Assembly (NCBI GenBank): GCA_951406725.2
Contig: OX597817.1
Span: forward strand, 140,678,001-140,742,000
Direction of reading: 5' to 3'
Source: Octopus vulgaris
Taxonomy: Eukaryota
DNA: 64,000 bases
This document shows positions 11,384 through 23,879 of the stretch, one piece after another. Made by a program: the position numbers and the translations under genes. How positions within the stretch are numbered: position 1 is the stretch's first letter; every line of letters starts with the position of its first letter. The notes beneath the pieces are model-generated. The model was given only the letters and a program-made list of their open reading frames with translations, ran no database searches and had not been told where the DNA came from.

Positions 11384-13388
11384 TTTTATTTTATCTAGTT
11401 TCAGCTCACGAGCTGTGGCCTTGCTGGGGCACTACCATTTGGTGTTGCTACATGATTTTACTTCACGAATGCTTTTTAGCAATTGCCATTTGGTGCATGA
11501 GAGAGTTCGATGCAGCTGCCCTCATCTGCACCTCCTGCCGTGAAGTTGGTTCATCTTGGACACCTGACAGGAAGAGATCCAGTTTTATTTTAAACACAAC
11601 TGCATCCACCCCATGCAGGTCTCTCAGGTTATTCGGGAGGATATTGAAGAGCTGTGGGCCTCTGAAGCCCAGGCTATCACAGTATCTTGTCCTACATCTT
11701 GATGGCAAATTTGGAGTCCTTGGCACTATGCAGTGGCGCCCAGTTCTAGTATTTGTGTAACTCTCGATGCCAAAGTTTGGGACAAGTCCTTCTAGGATCT
11801 TCCAGATGTATTTTATGGCATATCTTTCTCGCCTACGCTCTAAGGAATAGAGTCTTAATCTCTTGAGTCTTTCCCAGTAGCTTATATGCTGCACAGAGGC
11901 TATCTTCTTCGTGTAGCTTCGTTGGATCGCCTCAAGTTCTGTGATTAACTTGACACTGGATGGTGACCATAGCTGAGAGCAATAGTTAAAGTGGCTTAGG
12001 ACAAGTGTCCTCCAGAGGACCATCATGGTTCCTGGTCTCTTGTTCTAAATGTTCTAAGAATCCATCCGGTCAGCCGCCTACATTTCATTGCCAATTTAGC
12101 AACATGCACATGAAAGGTTGCATCATCACTCATGTAAATACCCAGGTCTCGCACTGATTGTACCTCTGGGATTGCAATCCCTCCAGGTCCACTGTATTTA
12201 TTGGGCATTGCATTTAGTTTTGCATGCTGATAGCATTAAGCTTAAAACTTTTCAGCATTAAACTACATGCTATTCTTTTCAGCCCACTTGTATATTTTGT
12301 CCAGCTCACATTGCAGGTGCATAGTGTCTTCAGGGTTCTGTATTGCCTGTCAAACTTTTGTATCATCTGCATAACTTGTGATCGTCGGAAACCATGTTAG
12401 GTGTCAGGCAGCAAGTCATTTTCTTCAAGGAAGGTGATTAGTTTCCTTCTGACTATTCGCTCCATGACCTTGCTGATGTGTGATGTCAGAGAGATAGGTC
12501 TGTAGTTCTTGGCCTCCGCTCTGCTACCTCCTTTATGAATAGGGCATATTTTACCTTCCTTCAGTTTTCTTGGAAGTTTGCCGGTTGTAAGGAAGCTCTG
12601 AAAGAGGAACTGCAGTGGTCTTGCTAGGACTCTCTTACATACTTTTAGAAGGATTGCTGGGAATCCATCGGGGCCAGTAGCTGAGTTTGTTTTCATTTCA
12701 TCTATAGCCTTTATCACATCGTCTTCCTTTATATTGATGTAATCAATCATCGCTGCCTCTGATTTTATATCTGCAGTGGTAAAGAAGTCAGTTGGATTGC
12801 TGACTTGAAAATGCCCTAGGGGTGGAGTGAAAACACTCTTGAATTGCTCATTTAGTATTTCACTTATCCTCATTGGATTTCCTGTGAGTGTGCCATCCTT
12901 TACAAGGAGTGGCTCTATCCTACAGTGCACCGTAGCTGTTTCTTTAGCATACTTGTAGAAAGCTCTGGGGTTAGATTTTATGTTGTCTATAGCCCAGGCT
13001 TCTTTGTCTGCTCTTTCTTTTTCATGGGAGGGTTGCAGACATTTTTCAATTTCCAACAGTTTTATTTTCAGGCGGGACTTTTCACTGCTTTCAATTTGTT
13101 TGTTTAGGCGATTTGAAACTTTTGTACGCCGTCTCATTAAAATTTTCTTCTCTCTGAGGATTTTGTTCTTGTGTACAGTGGCCTTTCTCTCTGGGACACA
13201 TTTGTAGCATATGGCTTGCATTACAGACATGAATTGTTGAAGTTTCATGTCGATGTCTGACGAGGAGAGACATTCAGGCCAATTTTGTTTGAGGATCTCT
13301 TTCTCAATTTGTTTCCAGTTTGCCTTATGGAAGTTCAAGCTGGAAAGATTCTGAGAATTTCTCGTAGACTGCATGTCCATGCTTTCCT
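11384..13388 (-). mobile_element. 5'-truncated CR1/L2-group LINE (RT pseudogene)
   Basis: ORF pieces 12397-13380, 12023-12208 and 11463-12026: GPDG, NYRPISLTS, HGFR, YADD, RDLG, SLERRRERY; stops, frameshifts and an internal deletion; A-rich tail. Confidence 0.9.
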
Positions 13389-13456
13389 TTATATATATAT
13401 TACAGTTATATATATATATATATATATATAACAGTTAAAATACTCCTGTCACAACT

Positions 13457-13502
13457 AGGGACCTTGAAGACTGCTTTAATGCAAGAAAGTATACTAATCC
13501 CT
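13457..13502 (+). ncRNA. Candidate minimal HHR in a short unit flanked by (TA)n
   Basis: AGGGA-CC-UUGAAGA-C-UGC-UUUAAU-GCA-A-GAAA-GUAUAC-UA-A-UCCCU; palindromic stem III AGUAUACU; core imperfect. Confidence 0.55.
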
Positions 13503-13883
13503 TAATATTTGATATTCAATATTTCATCTATTTAATAAGACAATCAATACTTCATTTCATTTTACTATATATATATATATTATTTATACTATATATTCTA
13601 TATTCTACATTAATATTATAAAGAATATAAATAAAACATAAAAAACAGAGTTGGAATTCCTTTGAATATATATATATATACATGCTACGTATACATACAC
13701 ATGTACATGCATACATGTTACGTATACATATACATGTTTACATGTTAACACACACAAAAATATATGCAGTTGCTATCATAGTCACGATTATGTGTGTATG
13801 TATGTATAGATAAACAGACAGACAGACGGATAGATAGATAGATAGAGAGAGAGAGATAAATATTATATATGTATATATGTATG

Positions 13884-13946
<63 letters not shown>

Positions 13947-13953
13947 TTATATT

Positions 13954-14260
13954 CAAGGATTGGACAAAATAATGGTAACACCTCCCATAATAGCATCATA
14001 ATTTTGAAATATCTATACAACCGCGAAAAACTTGTTTAATTTTATATTTTTTTATTTATTATTAGTTTTGCTTGTTATGGTTTGCTAAAATTACTGTTTC
14101 TTTTCAGATATTATCAGTAAAAGGTAATTAAAATTCATTAAAATGACAGATCTATCGGACTTTCAAAGAGGTCAAATTGTTGGTGTTCGTATGGCAGGCG
14201 CTAGCGTAGAGAAAACAGCCCAAATGTTTGGTGTATCAAGTAGTACTGTATCGAAAGTAT
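13954..14260 (+). mobile_element. Tc1-like transposon left end with transposase N-terminus
   Basis: TIR-like CAAGGATTGGACAAAATAATGG; 14143-14259 encodes MTDLSDFQRGQIVGVRMAGASVEKTAQMFGVSSSTVSKV (paired-like HTH). Confidence 0.75.
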
Positions 14261-14629
14261 CTAGAAGACCCAAAATTGCAGGTAAAGTTATGTAAACGCC
14301 ACGGAAGGTTCAATAATAGTATGATTGAGGAGTAAAATGCGGGTCGTGTATGAGCATGCATATGTTAAATAATATGAGACAACAATACCAACGAAGTGTC
14401 AAATCTCTCAGAACATTTGTATTTTAATAGTGAGAAATTTGTGGTTTACAGCTATACCTCCGTTTATAGCAAGTTGTATTCTAATACCCTACTAATTTTG
14501 TATATTTTACCTATAAGCTATAAACTTGCTAGCCACTTTATTATCATTATTATTATTAATAATAATGGTAATAATACCATATTTGATTATATATATTATT
14601 ATTATTATTATCATTATTATTATTATTAT

Positions 14630-14822
14630 TATTAAAAAGCAGCAATGATATCACAAAAACTGTTACTCAGAGATTCACGTTCTCGTTCGTCAGAGAGAGA
14701 ACGTGAAACTCTGAGTAACAGTTTTTGTGATACTTTTCCTGCTTTTTAATAAAACATGTTACTCTACCTCTGGTATTTGAGTACCATTTTTACCACTTTG
14801 TTTTGCATTTATTGCTTACTCT
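14630..14822 (+). mobile_element. PLE-3 fragment with inverted repeat and HHR parts
   Basis: Minus arm CUGACGA-ACG-AGAA-CGU-GAAU-CUCUGAG-UA-ACAG (14660-14693); plus arm keeps GAAACUCUGAGUA; tail shared with 2788-2853. Confidence 0.75.
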
Positions 14823-14825
14823 AGT

Positions 14826-15812
14826 GGGGCCATCCGGACTCCCGTCTTCGCCGTGAACAGGGATTATTCTTTTCTCTTCGCTCTTTTGCTCCACATGGGC
14901 TCAACTCTCCTCCCCTCTTCATCTAACCCTCCTCCCCTCTCCTCTCTTCCTTTCACATCTACTTCCTCCCACTCACCTCTCCTCTCTTGCTCCGACTCCT
15001 ACTTCTCTTCACTCCTACCCTCCTTCTCTCTTCTCTTCACTCCTACCCTCCTTCTACCTTTCCCTCCCTCCATCGTCACCCCTTCCTCGTACCCCCACCC
15101 CTACACAATCAAACCCACCTTCCCTATCCATCCCATTCCACCCCACTCCATCCTTACCCCCACTCCCACATACTCCACCTCTACCTCAACCATCAGCCTA
15201 ACCCATACCCCAACTTTGCTTTCTCCACTCTCGCCTCCCCCACATCCCAACACCACCACACCACACCAAACACCACCACACCACATCACACACCACCACA
15301 CCATACCACCACGCCACTCCCCCCACACCACCACACCACACACACAACACCACACAACACACACAACACCACACCACACACCACCATGTCACACAACACA
15401 CCACCACGCACACACTAGCACTGACCACTTCCCAGCACCCACACCATCATCCACACACCTACACATGCACACACGGACACGTCAAGGTCACCAGCCCTCT
15501 TCCACATGCACATACAAGCTCTTTTATACACACACACGCGCACCTTCATTCTGGGATCACCACTACTTTATCATCTCCCCTTCTTCCTAGCACTCCTGTT
15601 TGAGCCCTCTGTCCGGCATTCGCTATGATAGATCGCTAGCTACTACACATTCTTTATTTTCTCTCCCTGTCTCTTTCTGTGTTCCTTTCTGTAGAAGTGC
15701 GTAGGCTCGAAATGTTAAAGCCCTTTTTCACTTTCCGAACGTTAAACTAATACGTCTGTTTGTTGTCTACACCACCTGTCTTCGTCATTTAGTTCTTTGT
15801 GAACTCTCCCTA
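14826..15812 (+). mobile_element. 5'-truncated Penelope-like element (PLE-1): GIY-YIG C-terminus, C-rich 3' region, HHR at 15685-15720
   Basis: 14831-14926 encodes HPDSRLRREQGLFFSLRSFAPHGLNSPPLFI*, the R..E...F.L....P.GLN end typical of PLE endonucleases; followed by the PLE-1 tail and (TA)n. Confidence 0.75.
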
Positions 15813-15911
15813 TATATATATATAATAAGGGTAGAAATTGATATTAGTCAATTAAAACCAGTGGCTTTGCATATTTAAAAAATCCGAAGGTGAAAAATTG
15901 TTACATAAAAG

Positions 15912-16003
15912 ATTAAGAAGAATGGCCACTAAAGTGGACACCTAATATGCTAAACATATGTTTAGCATATTAGGTGTCCACTTTAGTGGCCATTCTTCTT
16001 AAT
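15912..16003. repeat. Perfect 92-bp palindrome in a unit (15827-16007) flanked by (TA)n
   Basis: 46-bp arms with no spacer, centred on 15957/15958. Confidence 0.9.
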
Positions 16004-16005
16004 TT

Positions 16006-16059
<54 letters not shown>

Positions 16060-16149
16060 CAATATTGAAGGAAAAGAAAATGGAGAAAAAATGGATGTAT
16101 AAATAATTTATTTGTATGTCATGATGTCGGAGTGTGTGTATTCGATCAA

Positions 16150-16760
16150 TCAATGCTGGGCAGCAGGCTTTCAAAGCATCATATGCTCGCTAAAGTTGTT
16201 GAGCATAAAAGGTTAGCGTTCACAGCGTGACCATTTGGGACTAGATCAATGTGTAACACCCCTTCGAAATTCCACCAAACACACAACATTCAAACTAACC
16301 ATGTTTGGCAAGATTCTGAATCCTAGATGGTATGAAGTCATTGATTTCTCTCATTATAATTATGAAAATAGATCTCTTTTTCATTACCATTTACAATTCA
16401 ACGCCAAACACCGTCATCTCACGTTGTTGAATCTAGCCATTGGTCAGTTCATGAAGAACTCGTCAAAAGCATCTGTTCACAGGGCCAAACATATGAAGGT
16501 GTAAATTGATGGCGCTTTGTGAAGAATCATGTTTTGCCAACATTGTACGGATGCTTGTGCATGGATGCTGTTCAATCATTTCAAGCAACGTCTCATCCTC
16601 CACAACAGAATGTCTCCCTCGCCTTGGTTTATCTTCGAAGCTGGTATCACCTTCTTTGAAATGTCTGAACCAGTTTAGTGCCACATAATTTCTTTTGTCG
16701 CTGCCCTTTTTTCCATAGGTAGTGTAAAATAACTTAGCAAGTATTCACCACTCATTATCA
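16150..16760 (-). mobile_element. Decayed mariner transposase
   Basis: WFRHFKEGDTSFEDKPRRGR HTH region, HELT motif, and LVPNGHAVNAN..YAQQL..L from the catalytic domain; frameshifted. Confidence 0.8.
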
Positions 16761-17140
16761 AGGTTTTAAAATAAAGAATAAACAATTAATGTTTATATGT
16801 TAATTGAGAAAAATAAGATATATATTTCAGCAACTTGGACAAGTTGTACCAAATTAATAATAAAACATGGAGATACAAGTTGCCAAAAAAAAAACATCCG
16901 TGAAAATCCAAAAGAAAGATATCTTTTGACTTTACCAAGTACAACCAGAAAGAAAGACAGAGAAAAGCAAACAGATGGAGAGGGAGAGAGAAAGAGAGGG
17001 AGGGAGGGAGAGACAGACAGACAGACAGACAGACAAGCTAAAGAAGTGCTGCACTGAGTGGAGATCTTAATTCGTGACGGTTTAAAGAAGCGACTAGTAT
17101 TTAAATTAATTTAGTGTTTGCATTAACTAAATAAACAAAC

Positions 17141-17222
<82 letters not shown>

Positions 17223-17649
17223 AGTAACAAAATGCAATCAAAAGAAGAATATCGATTAAATTAAAATAACGATTGCTATTATTAATTACAAAAATTACTG
17301 TTATAAATCATAATTATTACTGTTATTAATTATAGCAATTGCTATAATTAACTATATTAATTATGATGCTGCGTTACGTAGGGTTAATGACGACTAGCAG
17401 TGCTTGGTAGGTTATTTCTGATCACGCTCCTAAATCATGACAGGCATGGTTCTGGGGTTAAGAAGCTCGTCTAGCGACTCTGTCATTCGCTCTCATAAGG
17501 CAGCACTTCAGGTGTCTCCTTCCATGCCCAAGGGGTCAACTAAAACCGTGTGAAAGTATCTGGTAGAGGGAAACCATATGAAAACCTTTTAAAGTAACAG
17601 GCTTCCCCACAGTTTTCGGATGGTGGATATTATCACCATGTTGAATACC

Positions 17650-17870
17650 TATTTCTTTACTACCCACAAGGGGATAAACACAGAGGGGACAGACAAGGAC
17701 AGACAAACGGATTAAGTCGTTTGCATCGACCCCAGTGGGTAACTGGTACTTATTTAATCCACCACGAAAGGATGAAAGGCAAAGTCGACCTCGGCGGAAT
17801 TTGAACTCACAACGTAACGACAGACGAAATACCGCTAAGTATTTCGGCCGGCGTGCTAACGATTCTGCCA
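17650..17870 (-). mobile_element. SINE family C with 10-bp TSD
   Basis: B box GAGTTCAAATTCC, GCCTTTCATCCTTTC central domain; GTTGAATACC repeated at 17640-17649 and 17871-17880. Confidence 0.9.
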
Positions 17871-17885
17871 GTTGAATACCGTTAA

Positions 17886-18010
17886 ATGGAAATTGAAACT
17901 GGCTTCTCGAGAGTGAACTTATTTCTGACTTCGGTACGAATGAATTCCGGTAAAGATTGGGAAGATGACATATTCATGGTGTTACCAAAGATTGTTCCAA
18001 TGTAAAGGAA
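17886..18010 (+). mobile_element. Possible decayed hAT transposase C-terminus
   Basis: Translates as ETGFSRVNLFLTSVR, resembling the E.GFS....L...R hAT dimerisation motif; a short match only. Confidence 0.35.
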
Positions 18011-18555
18011 GTGAATCTCTGAAGCCAGCTTGTGAAGCTGAGTTTTCGAGTTCGTCTCACCGTATTTTCGAAACTTCACAGCCTCGTGGATTTTGTATGA
18101 TTTAGTCAGAATGGAGAGAGAAATACCGATGCGGATGCCTCAGAGCTGGCGGAAACAACCACAGTTTTTAAATTATTCACAGACCGGAAATATGGATGCA
18201 ATATTAAGAAAGTCAGTTTCACAAAGGTTACCCAAAGTCCAGGGGATGATGTTAAACCGGCCAAAATGGTAAACATCTATCAGATGAGCTTCCACACAGT
18301 TTCCTTTACCAAATTTTACTCACAATGGTTTGGATATTATGGGAGAAAATATTTAAACACGACTGCTGTGGTGTGAGATCGAACGTGGAACCACGAGATT
18401 TCGATTCGAACTTCTAATGCTATGCCACCATGAGAAATGATTGAATTAAAATAATGTTAGATAACAGAGATAAAAGGATCACGCATATGAAAAGATTAAA
18501 AGGAAGATACAGGTATTGTATGATTGTATGTGATGTGTGTATGTGTATATGTGTA

Positions 18556-18624
<69 letters not shown>

Positions 18625-19129
18625 GCATACACACACACACATACACACGTAAGGTGAGTTATTATTGCCATTCAGCTATGAAGACTCCATCGTCACTGTA
18701 ATCCAGATGAAGAGATAACAATAACCTCAGGACATTCTTCATTTTAAAAGTCATCCAATTACGATTCACTACATTTAACTCGATTCTATCGCCTTCTTTA
18801 TCTGACTGGCATCTAATTTCTACAGCCACACACTTGATAGTGTAACGATTAACTAGTCGAAGAGACGATAGTTCGAATCTTTCCGACAGTACTACATTGT
18901 TTCCAGATTGTTTCAAGACACTTGACTCTTTGTGAGTCAGTTTCTCTATCAGAAAGTAGGCACTGCCTCATGGTATAAAGCATTACCCTGTAAGCAGTGG
19001 TAGCACTCTAAAATTTGACGAGTGTTTCATCGATTGTCTGCCCATAGCCCAACTTTTCTCATAGATACACTTGCCCTCTTTTCAAAAGATATACTGATGA
19101 TGATCAGAATCAAGATCATTATCATTATT

Positions 19130-19795
19130 TCCATTTCACTACTCAGAGCTCTTGACTTTAATTGCTCTGTTTAATTCTATCAAAGCAGACATCAACTTTT
19201 TGTCAAAGATCTCACAGGGTCTCTTCCCACGGTACTTAACACCCAAGTAGGAATCTCAAAATCCTTTCTGAACCCAATTAAGTAGTTTTTTTTTTTAAAT
19301 CCCAATTGTCACCCACAATTTTCTCAAACCTGGTTGTTAATGTCCCCAGTGTCCCTACAACGACTGGCATTCACAGTTACCCTCTTCATTGCTCATATTC
19401 GTGTAACTTCATCTTTTAGTAGATCCTACTTTTCAATTTCCGATTGCTACGTTATCATTCTTCCTTCTGTATTCCTTTTGGGCCAGTTTGCTACACTCGC
19501 AATACGGGTGAGATTGTTTCGTTTTTGCTGCCACATAATCTTAGCAAGGGGCGAATCACTACTCTTATCTATCTGGAACTTAGTGTAATTAGTTTTCAGA
19601 GGTCGTTTCTAGGCGCTGTGTATTACTGCATCAATGCATCCTTTCAGATCATTTTTTCTTTGTGACCTCCACTTGTGGATCTTGTCTTTTCCTTCCGTTT
19701 CTCTGAGGTATTACCCATGTACCACTTCCATTTTCCGGTTGTTCAATCTTTGTTTTTTTCTCACCATGTTTCTTAAATTGTTTGTGGGTTGTTAC
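19130..19795 (-). mobile_element. Decayed R4/Dong-clade LINE 3' fragment
   Basis: Minus strand reads LKTNYTKFQIDKSSDSP..LCGSKNETI..CSKLAQKEYRR (CCHC region). Confidence 0.7.
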
Positions 19796-19805
19796 ATCGT
19801 TGCTG

Positions 19806-20005
<200 letters not shown>

Positions 20006-22533
20006 GAGAAATGCCAACGTTTCTTTGAGCAAAACAAACAGTTCAACTCCGACCTCAAAAGATTCTACCAAGAATTCGGCAAAAGTAAAATCAGCACCAA
20101 CACCAGAAGTGGAAAAAATTTGGAAAGAAATATGGTCGGCGAAGGAACAACCTTAGAAAAGATCTATCAAAATAACAAACACAGCACCTAAACAACTTTG
20201 GACTCCTATAACATAGGAAGAGGTTACACAGGCACTGCAAAAACTACGCAACTGGAAGGCACCAGGGTACAAGGTCCCTAATTTTTGTTAAAATTATCCA
20301 ACAGGAATACATGAGAAATTCAATGAGGTGCTAGTAAAGCCAAAGACATCGCCTAAATGGCTCACGGAAAAGAAAACTATCCTAATTCCCAAATCGACTG
20401 AAACAGCACACCTACAAAATTACAGATCGATTACTTGTCTCCCTACAATCTACAAATCCATAACTGCAATTATATCGCAGAGAATGGACAAACATCTGTT
20501 CCCAGAAGAGCAGAAGGGATGCTGCAAGGGCTCATACAACTGTAAAGCTCAGTTATTGATCAATAAAACCATAACTGAAGACAGCCAGAAGAAAAAGAAG
20601 GGCCTAAGCATGGCTTAGATCGATTATCGAAAGGCTTTTGATAGTATACCCCACACGTGGAACCTAGATGCACTAGCCATGAACAAGGTAGAAACGATGA
20701 TCATAGCATATATAAAACATTCCATGAATAAATGGCAAGCAGTATTTCAGCTCTAGACAAAAAGGGACTCATAAAAACAAAGCTATCTCCATTAGAAGAG
20801 TAATATTCCAGGGAGACACGTTTTCTGTTTGGCACTGACACCTTTATCTGACGTGCTAAGCAGAACTGGATGTGGATACAACTGCAACGGTAAAACAATC
20901 AATCATCTTTTGTATATGGATGATCTAAAGCTGCATGCTGCAAATGATAAACAGCTGGAAACATTATTACAGAGAGTGCATGAATTTACCAAAGAAATAA
21001 ACATGAAATTTAACTTAGAAAAATGTGCCAAAGCAACCTTGAAAAGATGAAAACTACTTAGGAACCAATGAACTAGATATAATACACGCACACAAATGAA
21101 AAAGAGGATAAGAAAAGAATACTATACACGAATTAAATTAATACTGAAAACACAGCTCAATGCGAAAAACAAGATAATAGGTATCAACACTCAAGCCGTC
21201 ACAGCTACAATATTCTTAACTAGACTCTATATGAACTAATCAAAATAGACAGGAATATAAGAACAATAAGGACAGTATTTAGGATGCACGACCCAAAATC
21301 TAACATAGAAAGGTTATATTTACAACGTATCAAAGTTGGTAGAGGTCTTAAACAACTAGGAATCTATTATAAGATAACCACCATAGGATTACAGAAATAC
21401 CTACTTCAGAAGCAAGAAAAACTGGGATAAATAGCCACAAAACACGAGCAGAACAAAAAACTGTTTTCTGTCTTTAAGGAAACTGAAAAATACAAGAAAG
21501 AAGCCATAGTACCTGACAACTATGAAGAAACGACAAAAGCTGTAAAGCAACTGAAACCGAAACTAAAACTGCAACAACAACGGATCATGATAAAACGATG
21601 GCAAGAAAAACCACTTCGTGGCAAGTACTGGGTTAAAATAAACAGAAAGGAAATAGACAAAGCAAAAGCCAGGCAATGAGTAAGAAGCTCAGGACTCGAA
21701 GCAGAGACTGAAGGATTTTTAATTGCAGCACAAGACCAGAGCCTCCCCACTAGAAATCACCAAAAACGCCCAAATGAAAAGAAATACAAGTAACTGCAGA
21801 ATATATGGTGATGGAGAAGAAACAATAAATCATATTTTCTCTGGCTAAGAAGGAATATATACACAGACATGACAGAGTTGGGATCTATATACACTGGAAG
21901 GTATGCCAATACTATAGAATAACAACAGAAAAAAGGTGGTAAAGGCACGCACCAGAAAAGGTCCCAGAAAAAGGAGAAAGCAGCCACACTTTCGGATATG
22001 CCAATACACACAGATAGAGAAATCAAAGCTAACATTGTTGTCAGAGATCACCAAGAAAAACTGTCTTCTGATCTATGTATCAAAACCAATAAATGGCAAT
22101 GTATTTCTAAAAGAAACGGATAAAGTTTCAAAATATAAAAATCTGGAAATAGAGGTAACTCGAGTGTGGATCCTAAAAACAGAAACAATTCCTATAATTA
22201 TAGGTGCATTAGGTATGATTAAAATACATAACCAAAACACCAGGACTTCAGAAATTATACAGAAAATAACACTACTAGGCACCGCGCACATCCTGCGTAA
22301 AGCATCTTCAATACAATGAAAATAAGAGCAGCACAACAAATTAATCTCAAATTTTAAGACAAACATAATTTTCTTATGTTTTCTTAAACATTGTCTAGAA
22401 CAACACGGTGTGCAAAGCCAAATATATGGCACCCTAGGCATAATACCAACATGAACTTCTAACCTGTTGTCTCTTGAGGTCTTTGCGTGAGACTTGGAGC
22501 CAACTTGTAAAAATACAAATCAAAAGTCAAACA
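20006..22533 (+). mobile_element. 5'-truncated R4/Dong-clade LINE (RT + CCHC + RLE), pseudogenised
   Basis: KAPG, NYRSITCLPTIYK, EEQKGC, IDYRKAFDSIPH, IFQGD, HLLYMDDLKL, ETEGFLIAAQDQ, RHD, KYKNLEIE; 3' UTR shared with 49862 and 51102; runs into (AAT)n. Confidence 0.9.
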
Positions 22534-22534
22534 T

Positions 22535-22558
22535 ATAATAATAATAATAATAATAATA

Positions 22559-22605
<47 letters not shown>

Positions 22606-22680
22606 AATGATGATAATGATGATGATGATGATGATGACGACGACGACGACAACAACAACAACAACAATAATAATAATAAC

Positions 22681-22759
<79 letters not shown>

Positions 22760-22760
22760 T
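22535..22760. repeat. Compound (AAT)/(GAT)/(GAC)/(AAC) microsatellite
   Basis: Directly visible. Confidence 0.95.
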
Positions 22761-22864
22761 GACACCTGCTTATTGATAGACATTGGTGTCCCTCCTGACC
22801 AAAATACTGCCCAAAAAGCAGTGGAGAAATTGGTTGCCGTAAATTTCTGCTTTACCTGCATCTC

Positions 22865-23352
22865 TATCGCGTTTGCATCAGGTATTTAGTTGATATTTCC
22901 TGTTCCTGGATTGTAAACGCATAGCCTTCAAAGTGGAAGGTAGCAATCCGGCTATTGGTCCATGATAGACTGCTTTCATGATCAATGTTAGTAGAATTTT
23001 CTACTAATATATCCATGCATGGTCTTCTGCTGATATTCGCTCCTTTCATCTGATGATACGTTGCGGTAGAGTCGTGCGACTTATTTGGACATGTAATTAA
23101 GATTATCAGACAAGGAATGTTGCTTAAGGAACTGGTTTTCCTAGTCTCATGAGAGGCTGTCCCCTTGGAATATGCCCCTGTGATACTGTATTCTATCAGT
23201 GATAATACAATCATACCTTGAGATTAATTTCAAGTTGGTGTCCCACGATGATACAAGTCAGCTGTGGCTTTCACTTTAGCAAGTCGAAAATTTTCTTGCA
23301 TCCGTGAGTGAGGAACAGGGTTAAAGGCTTTCTTGTAGTCTAGCCACATTTC
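22865..23352 (-). mobile_element. R4/Dong-clade RT fragment
   Basis: MWLDYKKAFNPVPH and RGIFQG on the minus strand. Confidence 0.7.
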
Positions 23353-23369
23353 AAACTACACACACACAT

Positions 23370-23443
<74 letters not shown>

Positions 23444-23480
23444 GAAGGTTTGAAAATGCAATTTTAAAAGATGTTTATTC

Positions 23481-23522
23481 ACTTGACCGGTTTCACTTTT
23501 TTAGAAAAAGATTGTCAAAAGT
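23481..23522 (-). ncRNA. Minimal HHR with U3-A8 core
   Basis: ACUU-UUGACAA-U-CUUUU(UCUAA)AAAAG-U-GAAA-CCGG-UC-AAGU; palindromic ACCGGU stem III, GUC triplet; ~40 bp from (TA)n. Confidence 0.65.
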
Positions 23523-23879
23523 AAAATGTAAAAGTTTTGTTGTGTTAGGTACTGGTTGTCACAAAATATTACTATACATATATACATTCTTTGATAATAA
23601 TAAGAACATGTTAAAAACAGTTTACAAGGAAAAATCTTGGGAAAATATTAAAAAATTAACAAGTTCATTAAAATATTAGGCACAAAAGATTACAATACAT
23701 ATATACATTCTTTGATAATAATAAGAAAATGTTAAAAACAGTTTATAGAAAAAATTATTAAAAAGTTCATAAAGAATATTGGGATTTCATTAGAAATCAT
23801 GTTTGTTTGGAAGTATCTATATATATATACACAGAAAATTATATGTTCAAAAAGGTCATATATATATATATACAACTCA

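Noticed and set aside
14853-15590. 245-aa Pro/His/Thr-rich ORF
   Set aside because: Low-complexity C-rich tract; the meaningful frame is the short GIY-YIG end at 14831-14926.
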